Shown piece by piece: positions 1 to 8,825 of a stretch of DNA of 64,000 nucleotides. The notes below the pieces were generated by a model. The model saw only the letters and a program-made list of their open reading frames with translations, did not search any database and had not been told where the DNA came from. The stretch lies in contig SOKL01000197.1 of NCBI GenBank assembly GCA_004376265.1, positions 1,678-65,677 of the forward strand, written 5' to 3'. Source of the stretch: Candidatus Thorarchaeota archaeon (GTDB taxonomy: Archaea; Asgardarchaeota; Thorarchaeia; Thorarchaeales; Thorarchaeaceae). Both the position numbers and the translations under genes were made by a program. How positions within the stretch are numbered: the stretch's first letter is position 1; each line of letters starts with the position of its first letter.

Positions 1-412
1 CAAAAACCATGATTGCAAAAGGAGTTTGAGCAGCTAGTGCGAGGATTGTAATCTGGCTTTTATCACCCAACTCTGACAGTAGTACAAGTGAAAACATTCC
101 AAACATAGTGCCGGGATTGTCACAAGTATCTGGAATATCTGAGTTGGATGTTGCTAGTGTATAGATCCCTAGAACAATGAATAGAATACCCGAAACGTAA
201 GTTATGATTTCAATAGGAAGAGTGGCAGAGAGAATATATCCAATTATAACAGCAATAACGGAAGAAGTTGCAAGAGCGACCATTGTGGCAAGGAGTACTA
301 GCCAAGGACGTCTATATTGAGCGCTAAGACAAATCGTCGTTAGCATCGTTTTGTCACCAAGCTCCATCAGTAGGACCAATCCTGCTGATGAAATCAAGGT
401 CTGAATAGGCAT
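1..412 (-). CDS. UPF0016 (GDT1/TMEM165/MneA-like) cation transporter, 5' part; gene continues past the left edge
   Basis: Own reverse-strand translation from ATG at 412-410; it is absent from the ORF track because there is no stop in the window. It reads MPIQTLISSAGLVLLMELGDKTMLTTICL...FSLVLLSELGDKSQITILALAA. Two E-x-G-D-K-[TS] signatures lie inside hydrophobic helices, with no in-frame stop down to position 1. Confidence 0.7.
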   Translation of the reverse strand, partial: MPIQTLISSAGLVLLMELGDKTMLTTICLSAQYRRPWLVLLATMVALATSSVIAVIIGYILSATLPIEIITYVSGILFIVLGIYTLATSNSDIPDTCDNPGTMFGMFSLVLLSELGDKSQITILALAAQTPFAIMVF

Positions 413-469
413 GGTAATCGAATTCTTGTTGAATCTGTTTTAGAAGTTGTGATTTGTGCTAAAGAAAAA

Positions 470-591
470 TGGTGCGGGAGGTGGGGTTCGAACCCACGAA
501 CTCCTACGAGAGCGGATATCTTATCTGCATGACCCCATGTCTTAATGCGATCTTAAGTCCACCGCCTTTGACCTGGCTTGGCTACTCCCGC
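470..591 (-). tRNA. tRNA-Leu (anticodon UAA) with about 34-nt intron at canonical 37/38 position, CCA encoded
   Basis: Reverse strand reads GCGGGAG-TA-GCC..GGC-G-GTGGA-CTTAAG[intron]A-TCCGC, then a long variable arm, then GTGGG-TTCGAAC-CCCAC-CTCCCGC-A-CCA. It has a 7-bp acceptor stem and a type-II variable arm. Track ORFs 469..657 and 593..784 overlap it and are spurious. Confidence 0.85.
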
Positions 592-697
592 TTTACCCGG
601 TTAGGCCGTAGTCATTCCACTCTTTTTTTAGGAACTCACCGCATTTTTCCTTTCTAGCTAACTGACTCTTCAACTCTTTGGTATTGAGATGAAAAGT

Positions 698-806
698 GGT
701 GGGCCGCGCCGGATTTGAACCAGCGACCTTCGATGTCAATGAGCACAAAGCTCGATTGGATTCTCGGTGTAAGCGAGACATCATAGCCGGGCTAGACTAG
801 CGGCCC
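698..806 (-). tRNA. tRNA-Val (anticodon UAC) with about 32-nt intron after the anticodon stem (position 43-45, non-canonical), CCA encoded
   Basis: Reverse strand reads GGGCCGC-TA-GTC..GAT-G-TCTCG-CTTACAC-CGAGA-[ATCCAATCGAGCTTTGTGCTCATTGACATCG]-AAGGTC-GCTGG-TTCAAAT-CCGGC-GCGGCCC-A-CCA. The anticodon arm is intact, and the insertion lies between the anticodon stem and the variable loop. Confidence 0.8.
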
Positions 807-843
807 TAAACATGTGGCCTTGGCTATTCCAATAAAAAGTTAC

Positions 844-1524
844 TTACGTGCGAAGTGCAACAATATGAACTTCCTGACGTGCTTTATCAAAGCACATCTC
901 TTGTATTTTTTCATAACCCATCTGAGAGATTGTTTTCTTGAGAGTTTCTAATGTGTTAGTGTCATCATGATTGGATTTGAAAGCTGCTATCATCCACCCT
1001 TCTTTTTTGAGAAGAATTGTAAATCTCTCAATGAGTTTCAATGTACCCTCTGGTTCTGTTGTGACATCTACAAGTAAAACGTCGAGATTTCCTGGATTGG
1101 TTATGATAGTTGGATCCATCTCAAAAGCATCAGTGAAGATCACTGAAATCAGAGGGTATTCTTCCACCAATGTGTGTAGATTCTTAGTGAATCTCTTTGA
1201 AACCTCTATTCCAACAGCTTTTGCTCCTTTCTTTGCTAGGTAAGCTAGAAAACCTCCTGCAGAGCTTCCGATATCAAGAGCTAAACATGGAGAATCAACT
1301 AATCTGCCACCGAGTTTTTCATCAATTTCTTTCAGTTTCTTGAAACCAAGTGGGAAATCAGCATCTTGGCTCATGAGTTCGATTGCATCTTTCTCAGAAA
1401 CTTGCTTTGATGGCTTGCATTTCTTTCCATTTACAATGACTAAACCATCTTTGATGGCTCGTTTCGCAGCTTGGCGAGAAGAGAATTGCCCTGTTTCTAC
1501 AAGCCAGACATCAAGCCTTGGCAT
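844..1524 (-). CDS. S4-domain / FtsJ-fold RNA 2'-O-methyltransferase (TlyA family)
   Basis: N-terminal S4-like segment RLDVWLVETGQFSSRQAAKRAIKDGLVIVNGK, followed by SAM motif I LDIGSSAGGF. Confidence 0.75.
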   Translation of the reverse strand: MPRLDVWLVETGQFSSRQAAKRAIKDGLVIVNGKKCKPSKQVSEKDAIELMSQDADFPLGFKKLKEIDEKLGGRLVDSPCLALDIGSSAGGFLAYLAKKGAKAVGIEVSKRFTKNLHTLVEEYPLISVIFTDAFEMDPTIITNPGNLDVLLVDVTTEPEGTLKLIERFTILLKKEGWMIAAFKSNHDDTNTLETLKKTISQMGYEKIQEMCFDKARQEVHIVALRT

Positions 1525-2278
1525 TTTGCATCGCCTTAAGTTCCTTTGGGATGAATAAATGCATTGGGACTCCCCTCAATCGAGGACCTATCGCAGCAAG
1601 CATCCCAGAAGCACGTGTACTTCTTTTGCATCTCAATGAAAACTCGAACTTTCCCAATTGTTCAATTTCATAGATATCTTCTCTATGACCAGATTTCTTC
1701 AATGAACTTTCAATTTGCCTATAATTGGCGCCAAATACTAGAAGTCTTTCGTGATCATCTTGCAACCACTCTTTCAGACGCGAAATTAATTTCTGGTCAA
1801 ATTCAGCTTCTACACGATTATTGTACAAGTCGATACTTGTCAATTTCACCTCAATAGGGAGGTAATCTACAAGAACGAATGCTTCAGTAATCGTCTTCAA
1901 GGGACCGAGTAGATTGAGCTGTTCACGCATTTTATGCAGTGGAACTAAAGCGTCCATTCGTGGAGAATCTGTGACTCCAATGTCAACATACAATCCGTAT
2001 CCAACTTTGCCGACATCCAAGAAACGACCAGGATATTCAACATTACGACTTAGATTATCTGAGAGTAAGGATTTTCCATATTCTTTGGCAAGAGCATTAG
2101 CAATAAACTCCGCATCTTCGCCCTCAATATTTGCTACAATTCGTTCTTTTTTGTCGGTGCCTATGTTAATCAAGCTTGCATCGAGTTCTGCAATCATTGT
2201 GGAGATTTCTGATCTGATAGTTTCTAGGAGTCTTCCTCGATAAGCTCCATACGCTTTTGAGAGTACTACAATCTTCAA
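1511..2278 (-). CDS. conserved archaeal protein of unknown function (possible OB/S1-like nucleic-acid binding core)
   Basis: 255-aa ORF overlapping the downstream TlyA-like gene by 14 nt (operon). The central segment GRFLDVGKVGYGLYVDIGV..DALVPLH looks OB/S1-like. Family not recognised with certainty. Confidence 0.5.
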   Translation of the reverse strand: MKIVVLSKAYGAYRGRLLETIRSEISTMIAELDASLINIGTDKKERIVANIEGEDAEFIANALAKEYGKSLLSDNLSRNVEYPGRFLDVGKVGYGLYVDIGVTDSPRMDALVPLHKMREQLNLLGPLKTITEAFVLVDYLPIEVKLTSIDLYNNRVEAEFDQKLISRLKEWLQDDHERLLVFGANYRQIESSLKKSGHREDIYEIEQLGKFEFSLRCKRSTRASGMLAAIGPRLRGVPMHLFIPKELKAMQNAKA

Positions 2279-2351
2279 CTGGGAACCTCTGACGTGAGTC
2301 CACTATATATGCTAAGTACCTTTTGTAGTAGGAATTGAAGTAAAAGGTGAA

Positions 2352-2873
2352 TTATGATGACGCTTCTAAATCGGCTTTGAGCTCTTCTACACGCTTTCTC
2401 AAGAATGAGATTGCCCCTTCGTTGTCAATAAATTCGAGTTGACCATTGCATGTTGGACATCGGAAAGAAAGATTCATTGCCTCTTCAAATGGCACAGGTG
2501 AAGAATCACGGTTCACACAGGTATAGAGATCATTGTTGCTTTCGTGCTCTAGCCTCTGCTCAAGCAGATTGAGAACCATTCGTTTCTTTCTATTGACCAA
2601 AGCTTGTGCTTTCTTTGGGTCAATTTTCCAGTAGTAAAGGAACCACCCTGTGTTGGTATCACGGATTCTTCTATATGATGCGAGATGATTGTCATGAAGT
2701 TTGTACAGGATTCTTCGTACTATATTCAGCTTCAAATCTGTTTTAGTTGCAATTTCTTCGTCAGTGGTTTCTTCTGCATTGACCAAAACGGTCGACACAT
2801 CAACCCCTTCTTTCCCTGCTATTTCTTCTACAACTAATCGGAAGAGGTCATGATTGAAGTTAGTATGTACCAT
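2352..2873 (-). CDS. tfe: transcription factor E (TFE, TFIIE-alpha homologue)
   Basis: Winged-helix part DEEIATKTDLKLNIVRRILYKLHDNHLASYRR..GWFLYYW plus Zn-ribbon C-x..FRCPTCNG. I prefer the ATG at 2873 (GGTGAT about 8 nt upstream) over the TTG at 2897 used by the track. Confidence 0.85.
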   Translation of the reverse strand: MVHTNFNHDLFRLVVEEIAGKEGVDVSTVLVNAEETTDEEIATKTDLKLNIVRRILYKLHDNHLASYRRIRDTNTGWFLYYWKIDPKKAQALVNRKKRMVLNLLEQRLEHESNNDLYTCVNRDSSPVPFEEAMNLSFRCPTCNGQLEFIDNEGAISFLRKRVEELKADLEASS

Positions 2874-3040
2874 TGACGTAATCACCCAAGTGTGCAAGTA
2901 TGTAACAGATAGCTAGTCGACTGAATTCTACAATAGTGAAAACATCCAAAGTTGGAAATTTACACCTGTAATATTATACCACTAAATAGTATATAAGAGC
3001 TGTTCTTAGACTGAATGAGTTCAATTAACAGAATCGACCA

Positions 3041-3628
3041 TTAATTTTCTTTAGCATCTTCTTGGCGCGCTTTTTGAGATATTTTTCTCTTCACAATTAC
3101 TCTATCGCCAAGAGTAGGTCCAGCTTCAGAACCACCTTTACTTACCTTGATTGGAGCAGTTCCCACTGCTTCCAGAAGAGATATCTCCAGTTCTCTCTCG
3201 AGACCTCTGATTGTCTTACCTATTGGTTTTAGTCGACCTGATTCAATAGACTGTAAAGTGGAGATTCGTTCGCCTATTTTCTGAGCAAGCTCTTCTTGAG
3301 AGAAATTCTTTTTCTGTCTTGCAGTTCGAATGGCTTTTGCATAGTCCTCAATCAAATCCATATCATCAAGCAGAATACCACCAGATCTAGGTTTAGTTTT
3401 TGGTTTTAGCGTAGACGGTTTTCTGGGTCTAGATGGTGTTGGTTTTTCTGGACCACCAATCCAAGAAGGGCGAGTTCTCGGTGCTGATGATGAACGTGGG
3501 CCGGAGGATACAGATTGATTTCCAAACTTTGTGGCGCATTGAGGGCAAACTAGCATTGACGCACCCTCGATAACCATGCTTCGGCCACGACCTTTCATGC
3601 TTCTACCGCATAGCTCACAACTTGCCAC
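3041..3628 (-). CDS. mbf1: archaeal MBF1-type regulator (N-terminal Zn ribbon + C-terminal HTH)
   Basis: CELCG...CPQC ribbon and HTH segment KKNFSQEELAQKIGERISTLQSIESGRLKP. An unusually long Pro/Ser/Lys-rich linker joins them. Confidence 0.8.
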   Translation of the reverse strand: MASCELCGRSMKGRGRSMVIEGASMLVCPQCATKFGNQSVSSGPRSSSAPRTRPSWIGGPEKPTPSRPRKPSTLKPKTKPRSGGILLDDMDLIEDYAKAIRTARQKKNFSQEELAQKIGERISTLQSIESGRLKPIGKTIRGLERELEISLLEAVGTAPIKVSKGGSEAGPTLGDRVIVKRKISQKARQEDAKEN

Positions 3629-3803
3629 TGTCGATTCCCTCTTTTTGTCAATGATTCTTTGTGTGTTGATAAAGATTACCGACTGGACATTTTGACAGTA
3701 TGCGAAAATATGGGTGTAATATCCCGGTTTTATCTGATAGTGTCACTCCGACAAAGCAATCCTTAAAACATCTGCAGTTGATAAAATCCTGAGGTGCCAT
3801 CTA

Positions 3804-5006
3804 ATGCCAGGAACTGTAGACGCCAAAGATGATTCTAATGCCGAGGATTCAGCATACTCGCAAAGCTACACTAGGCACCTAGAGCGCAGACTTCGAGCAC
3901 TCGAAACTGAGAAACAGATTCTACAAGCGGAACGTAGTCGACTTGAGAAAGAAACTCAGACTCTGAGAACTGAACTCGAAAAATTAAGACAGTCTCCATT
4001 AATCACTGCTACAATAACTGAGATGCTCGAAGATGGTCGAGCCATTGTAAAGAGCTCTACAGGACCTAATTTTGTAGTTCATGTAGCATCATCAATCCCT
4101 AGTGATAGACTACAGCCTGGTGTAATAGTAGCGCTCAATCAGAGATCTTTTGCAATCACTCAAGAACTTCCACCATCTCGAGACCCCATAATACGAGCAA
4201 TGGAAATTGAAGAAGCTCCGAGTATTTCTTACCTACAAATTGGAGGACTTCATGATCAACTGAGAGAGATTAGAGAAACTGTTGAAGATCCCCTTTTACA
4301 CCCTGAGTTGTTTGAGAAAGTTGGTATTGAACCACCAAAGGGAGTACTTCTTACGGGATTACCAGGTACTGGAAAGACTCTCTGTGCTCGAGCAGTTGCC
4401 CATGAAACAAATGCCACCTTCATTCGAGTGATTGGCTCAGAACTTGTTCAAAAATTCATAGGAGAAGGTGCACGACTTGTTCGTGAAATCTTCATGTTGG
4501 CTAAAGAGAAAGCTCCTGCAATCATCTTTATTGATGAGCTTGATGCAGTTGGGTCTCATAGGTTGGATATTGCTACTTCAGGCGATAGAGAGGTGCAACG
4601 GACACTGATGCAACTTTTGAGTGAGCTAGATGGTTTTGAAGTCCGCGGCCAAGTTGCTGTGTTGGGTGCTACAAATCGTCCAGATATTCTAGATCCAGCA
4701 TTACTTAGACCTGGAAGATTTGACAGAATTATCGAATTCCCGCTACCTGATGATGAGAGTAGAGTAGAGATATTCAAAATACACACGCGTAACATGAATA
4801 TAGAAACTTCAATTGAATATGACAAACTTCTCGCAGCTACTCAAGGTCGAACTGGTGCAGATATCAAGACCATTTGTACTGAAGCAGGTATGTTTGCGAT
4901 TCGTGACAAGAGAACTTGTGTCACCCAAAAAGACTTTAGAAAGGCAATAACCAAAGTACAGGATCGAGGTTTTGGTGATCGAGCGCCCAGTAATATGTAC
5001 TCTTAG
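3804..5006 (+). CDS. pan: proteasome-activating nucleotidase (AAA+)
   Basis: N-terminal coiled coil (LERRLRALETEKQILQAERSRLEKE), OB segment, Walker A GLPGTGKT, Walker B IIFIDELD and second region of homology. The C-terminal ...SNMYS fits a HbYX-like tail. Confidence 0.9.
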   Translation: MPGTVDAKDDSNAEDSAYSQSYTRHLERRLRALETEKQILQAERSRLEKETQTLRTELEKLRQSPLITATITEMLEDGRAIVKSSTGPNFVVHVASSIPSDRLQPGVIVALNQRSFAITQELPPSRDPIIRAMEIEEAPSISYLQIGGLHDQLREIRETVEDPLLHPELFEKVGIEPPKGVLLTGLPGTGKTLCARAVAHETNATFIRVIGSELVQKFIGEGARLVREIFMLAKEKAPAIIFIDELDAVGSHRLDIATSGDREVQRTLMQLLSELDGFEVRGQVAVLGATNRPDILDPALLRPGRFDRIIEFPLPDDESRVEIFKIHTRNMNIETSIEYDKLLAATQGRTGADIKTICTEAGMFAIRDKRTCVTQKDFRKAITKVQDRGFGDRAPSNMYS

Positions 5007-5032
5007 ACTCGTTTAGAGATTTGTGAACGTAG

Positions 5033-5854
5033 ATGAAGTATAGAAACTTCCTCAAATCAAGATTAAGTGATGATATTCCGGATAATCTTCTGCTTCCTTC
5101 AGGTTTTCATCTTGTAGGACATGTTGCCCTAGTACATCTGGATTTTGAATTGATGAAGTATGCTCATAGAATCGGGAATACAACTTTAGAATATGACTCA
5201 CGTGTCAAATCAGTGGTTGTGAAAACAGGACCAACAAAGGGAAGAACGAGACAACCATCTTATTCCTTAGTGGCTGGTGATAGTAATACAGTTACTACAC
5301 ATATAGAAAGTGGAGTGAAATTCAAACTTGATCCACTTCGTCTTACTTTCTCAGGAGGAAATAAAGGAGAACGTATTCGTGTATCCCACCTTACTAAACA
5401 TGGAGAGAATGTTGTGGATATGTTCTCGTGTGTTGGACAATTTACCCTTCATATTGCTAAAGCAGCAAATGTGGAAGTCACTGCAATAGAGATTAACCCA
5501 GAAGCTTTTGAGTTTCTAGTTGAGAATATCAATCTGAATGAATTGAATGATAGAGTGACTGCAGTGTTAGGAGATTGTCGCAAGGTTCATCCTAGAGGAG
5601 TGGCAAACCGTGTTATTATGGGATATCTGCACGACACGATTTCGTATCTTCCAACGGCGATTGAAACTCTGGTTGATGAAGGCGGTGTGATTCATATGCA
5701 TTTGTCCATTCCTGAATCAGAAGTAAAACGTATCATTAAGAGAATCAATCAAATATGTCGAGGTTATGGATTTCAGTCTACAACAGAGGTGTTTAATGTT
5801 AAGAAATATTCACCAGGTATTGAGCACTTTGTGTTTGATATTCTCGTGAAATGA
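5033..5854 (+). CDS. Met-10+ class-I methyltransferase fold tRNA modification enzyme (Trm5 / Taw2-TYW2 family)
   Basis: Motifs LVGHVALVHL, VVDMFSCVGQFTLHIAK, AIEINPEAF and NRVIMGYL. The 273-aa length fits the short Taw2/Trm5a-type members. Confidence 0.7.
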   Translation: MKYRNFLKSRLSDDIPDNLLLPSGFHLVGHVALVHLDFELMKYAHRIGNTTLEYDSRVKSVVVKTGPTKGRTRQPSYSLVAGDSNTVTTHIESGVKFKLDPLRLTFSGGNKGERIRVSHLTKHGENVVDMFSCVGQFTLHIAKAANVEVTAIEINPEAFEFLVENINLNELNDRVTAVLGDCRKVHPRGVANRVIMGYLHDTISYLPTAIETLVDEGGVIHMHLSIPESEVKRIIKRINQICRGYGFQSTTEVFNVKKYSPGIEHFVFDILVK

Positions 5855-5932
5855 AACAAAGCGTAATCGTTTTATCCAATAGAAAGAGGTTTTGAAGTAT
5901 AACTACAAGTAATCAGTCAGAGAAGTGATCGT

Positions 5933-6328
5933 ATGGGTTTCAGAGGAATGTCACCAAAGCAAATGGCAAGAATGATGAAGAAAATGGGTATTGAGCAAAA
6001 AGAGATTGAGGGTGTTCGAGAGGTGGTTATCCGTTTTGATGATAAAGAATGGGTCATCTTGAATGCTCAAGTTACAATGGTCAAGCAAGCAGGTAGTGAA
6101 TCATTTCAAATATCTGGAACCAAGAGCGAACGAGATTTGACTGGAAGTACACCTGTAAAGACTGAAACACCAGCTTCTGAGGTTGAAGTCAAGAAATCGA
6201 TCGAGATTCCAATGGAAGATGCTGCCTTGGTTGCTAGCCAGACTGGAGTAGATATTGGCGTAGCAAAACAAGCGCTTGAAGAAACTGGGGGCGATTTGGC
6301 GGCAGCTATTCTCAAACTCAGACGATAA
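5933..6328 (+). CDS. nac: nascent polypeptide-associated complex protein (NAC domain + UBA)
   Basis: MSPKQMARMMKKMGI..EGVREVVIRF..VKQAG..FQISG NAC fold, with C-terminal UBA-like DIGVAKQALEETGGDLAAAILKL. Confidence 0.85.
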   Translation: MGFRGMSPKQMARMMKKMGIEQKEIEGVREVVIRFDDKEWVILNAQVTMVKQAGSESFQISGTKSERDLTGSTPVKTETPASEVEVKKSIEIPMEDAALVASQTGVDIGVAKQALEETGGDLAAAILKLRR

Positions 6329-6331
6329 GAG

Positions 6332-6355
6332 AAGGTATTACAGATAATACACCTT
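6332..6355. terminator. AT-rich hairpin in convergent gap nac/atpD (AAGGTATTA-CAGA-TAATAcACCTT)
   Basis: Inverted repeat read directly. It shares the GTATTA/TAATAC arms with the hairpins at 8796 and 15595. Confidence 0.35.
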
Positions 6356-7001
6356 ATTGTTTCTCTTCTTGAGTGATCCAGTCACGTACCATCTTCAGTC
6401 GTACGAAGTCTTCTCGGTCCCGTTCTTCAAGGGCAAGCTTAACAAAACGAGCTGTCGCATCAAGACGGGGGATGACTATTGTTTCAAGTGCAGAAACACG
6501 ACGCTTGGTTTTTTCAATTTCTAGAGCAAGACGTTTTACTGTTGATTCAATCTCTGCCAAACGTACTATTGCGTTCAGAGCTTCTTTGAATTTTTCTCCC
6601 ATAACATCAAACTTAGCGCTTGAGTCTGCAAGGGAGTATGGAAGTTCAGGAGATTGTTGTTCAACTGAGAGAATCGGAACTCTCACACCCATCATAGATC
6701 TTGTGGATATACTCAAATTCGCCACAAATTTACTGGCATATGCAAATTCTACGACTCTTGCAGGACCCATAACCATCTTAGCTTTAGTGAGTGCTGAGAA
6801 GGCCTCTGACAATGCGGAGTCGACTTTCTCTCGAGCTTCCTTGATTTCAGCTATAGCATTGAAAAATTCCATTATGAGAGAATCGCGTTTTTCCCGAAGC
6901 AGATTATGTCCTCGCTCAGCTAGCCGCATTCGATTCTTCAATGCGAGGAGTTCCATGCGGGTTGTTTTAGTCCCAGGCAAGATTTTACTCATGGTAATCA
7001 C
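6354..7001 (-). CDS. atpD: A/V-type ATP synthase subunit D
   Basis: TRMELLALKNRMRLAERGHNLLREKRDSLIMEF... is the typical subunit D coiled coil. No other atp genes are adjacent. Confidence 0.85.
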   Translation of the reverse strand: MITMSKILPGTKTTRMELLALKNRMRLAERGHNLLREKRDSLIMEFFNAIAEIKEAREKVDSALSEAFSALTKAKMVMGPARVVEFAYASKFVANLSISTRSMMGVRVPILSVEQQSPELPYSLADSSAKFDVMGEKFKEALNAIVRLAEIESTVKRLALEIEKTKRRVSALETIVIPRLDATARFVKLALEERDREDFVRLKMVRDWITQEEKQ

Positions 7002-7057
7002 TTCGCTCCATCACAACAGGTCGATGTTATACCTGTTCTAAACTCTTGTGTTTGGCA

Positions 7058-7402
7058 TCAATAAAATGTGAAGGCTAGTGCACTGATGATTATTCCGATA
7101 GTGCAGATGATTAGCCAGTCACGAAGATACTTCCCCGTCAGTTTTGGTCTATCGTTGATTTGACCTGTTGTTATGAAAGTAATAATGAATATGAAAAGAA
7201 ACGCAAATGGTAATGAAATAGTTGTGTTGGATAACTGAACATTTGTTATCATGATGATTCCTACAAGGCCACCAAAAATCAGAAGAGAGAGGATCATTAG
7301 TGAGTTCATGATGTGCTTGATTCGTTCAATATCCATTTCATGTGTCTCCAATAAATTGTCATGTTTGATAGGTCGAGCTTCCAGCCAGTCCATTGTCTTC
7401 AA
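7058..7402 (-). CDS. small membrane protein, unknown function
   Basis: 114 aa with three hydrophobic helices (LMILSLLIFGGLVGIIMI, LPFAFLFIFIITFITT, WLIICTIGIIISALAFTF). Confidence 0.5.
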   Translation of the reverse strand: MKTMDWLEARPIKHDNLLETHEMDIERIKHIMNSLMILSLLIFGGLVGIIMITNVQLSNTTISLPFAFLFIFIITFITTGQINDRPKLTGKYLRDWLIICTIGIIISALAFTFY

Positions 7403-7465
7403 AAAGGTTGTGTCTAAATGTTTTTTTTACCACACACTTTATATCCATAATCAGTTACACAGGAT

Positions 7466-7474
7466 TGTATTACA
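7466..7474. promoter_or_regulatory. TGTAWTACA palindrome (copy in divergent promoter gap)
   Basis: TGTATTACA read directly, 39-47 nt upstream of the 7513 start and 64-72 nt upstream of the 7402 start. Confidence 0.4.
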
Positions 7475-7512
7475 AACAGTACTTGTGATACCAACCTCCA
7501 GAGGTCCTCAAA

Positions 7513-8487
7513 ATGACGATTGCAATCCATGAGAGTGCTCTGATTCGTCACTTCAACACACGTAAGGAAGTTCTCAAGACTTGGGAAGAAAGGATTGGTG
7601 CTAGGTTCTCTCCTTTTCGTGGTTTCAAGATGCCAGATAGTCGTCTATACATAGAAGATAGTGACTTCCTTGATTCCATTGTTGACCTAATCATCACAAA
7701 TGAACGACATGTCTTCATCCGAGGTCCGGTGGGGTCCGGAAAGAGCACGTTAATGCTTTTAGCATTACGGGATTTGCCTACGCTAGCGGATCGCAGTGGT
7801 AACAAATTTGTCACTGGCTACGTAGGAATGACAGGTCTTTATGAGAAGCAAATGGCTTCGGCTATTGCTGACTCTCTCAGGATAAAATACAAGAGATCAT
7901 GGGAGTCAAGTCAGATTATCGATGCAGTTGCTAAGGAAAGTCTTCGAAGATATGTGGAAGAAAAGAGTCGGACTGCACTGTTCATTGAGGATGTTGCAGA
8001 TAATCAAGAGGCCGCCTTTCATAAACTAAGATTCCTTGCTGATTTGCCTACCGAGGAGATGATGGATGCATATACAGAAGCTCTTGATGAGCCTATTTTC
8101 ACTCTAGTGATGTCAGGGACCACGATGTATTGGAATGCAATGCTTTCATTCTTACCACAGATAGCTGATCGTACAGAGCCGCTTGATGTTCCACCGCTAA
8201 GCAATGCAAAAGCTAGAGAGTTCATAGGTCGTCGGATTGCATATGCACAAAACAAAATTGACGTCTTTGATCCAGAGAACTACAGTATCTACCCATTTTC
8301 GGATAGTGCTGTGGATGTCATTAATATTGCAACAAAAGGAAACCCTCGAGACATTCGAATGTTAGCACGTGGATGTCAACAAGTAGCAGCGGAGAATCTT
8401 AGGAATTCCGGAAATCCAGATGTGACTAAGGATATCGCTAAACTTGTTTCTGAAGCATACGCAACTTTACTCAGGGAGGTCCACTGA
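7513..8487 (+). CDS. AAA+ ATPase of the ORC/ExeA/TniB-like kind, unknown function
   Basis: Walker A GPVGSGKST, atypical Walker B ALFIEDV, and sensor-2-like GNPRDIRML. Confidence 0.6.
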   Translation: MTIAIHESALIRHFNTRKEVLKTWEERIGARFSPFRGFKMPDSRLYIEDSDFLDSIVDLIITNERHVFIRGPVGSGKSTLMLLALRDLPTLADRSGNKFVTGYVGMTGLYEKQMASAIADSLRIKYKRSWESSQIIDAVAKESLRRYVEEKSRTALFIEDVADNQEAAFHKLRFLADLPTEEMMDAYTEALDEPIFTLVMSGTTMYWNAMLSFLPQIADRTEPLDVPPLSNAKAREFIGRRIAYAQNKIDVFDPENYSIYPFSDSAVDVINIATKGNPRDIRMLARGCQQVAAENLRNSGNPDVTKDIAKLVSEAYATLLREVH

Positions 8488-8488
8488 A

Positions 8489-8785
8489 ATGAGTCTACTT
8501 GGAAAATATAGAAAAGAAGCAGAAAAAGACGATGAAGAAAAGCCACGATCTGTAATTAGAGAAACTGAATCTGTTTCAAAACAGAGTGAACTCTTACCTT
8601 CTGTTCCTAACAAGGAACGTAAGAGCCCTATCGTTTCCTTCTCTATTCCGACTGATCTCAGAGCCAGCCTAAGAGCGATTCGAAAGACAAAGGCGATTAA
8701 TCTGAGTATGTGGGTAGAGAAACAACTTCGTGAGGCAGTCGCGCAAGAGTTCCCACAGATAGCCGAAGAATTTTTAGAAAGCTGA
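8489..8785 (+). CDS. small acidic/basic protein with C-terminal ribbon-helix-helix-like DNA-binding segment
   Basis: The ATG at 8489 lies 1 nt after the upstream stop, with GGGAGGT 9 nt upstream. The C-terminus PIVSFSIPTDLRASLRAIRKTKAINLSMWVEKQLREAV has a beta-strand/helix/helix pattern of the CopG/Arc type. Confidence 0.55.
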   Translation: MSLLGKYRKEAEKDDEEKPRSVIRETESVSKQSELLPSVPNKERKSPIVSFSIPTDLRASLRAIRKTKAINLSMWVEKQLREAVAQEFPQIAEEFLES

Positions 8786-8795
8786 GTATATTTGG

Positions 8796-8812
8796 TGTAA
8801 TACCAGTATTAG
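8796..8812. terminator. dyad TGTAATAC-CA-GTATTAG in convergent gap
   Basis: Arms TAATAC (8798-8803) and GTATTA (8806-8811). Nearly identical to the dyad at 15595-15610. Confidence 0.3.
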
Positions 8813-8825
8813 AAACAAGATTGTT

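Noticed and set aside
469-784. Track ORFs 469..657 (+) and 593..784 (-)
   Set aside because: They lie on top of the tRNA-Leu and tRNA-Val genes. Their open frames are a by-product of GC-rich structured RNA.
6373-7041. Long antisense ORFs. Examples are 6373..7041, 44501..45013, 27979..28401, 15621..15920, 17269..17586, 19290..19532, 20954..21316, 56291..56689 and 63465..63800.
   Set aside because: Each is fully embedded opposite a gene with strong family motifs and has Ser/Arg/Leu-rich, low-complexity translations. These are typical shadow ORFs.
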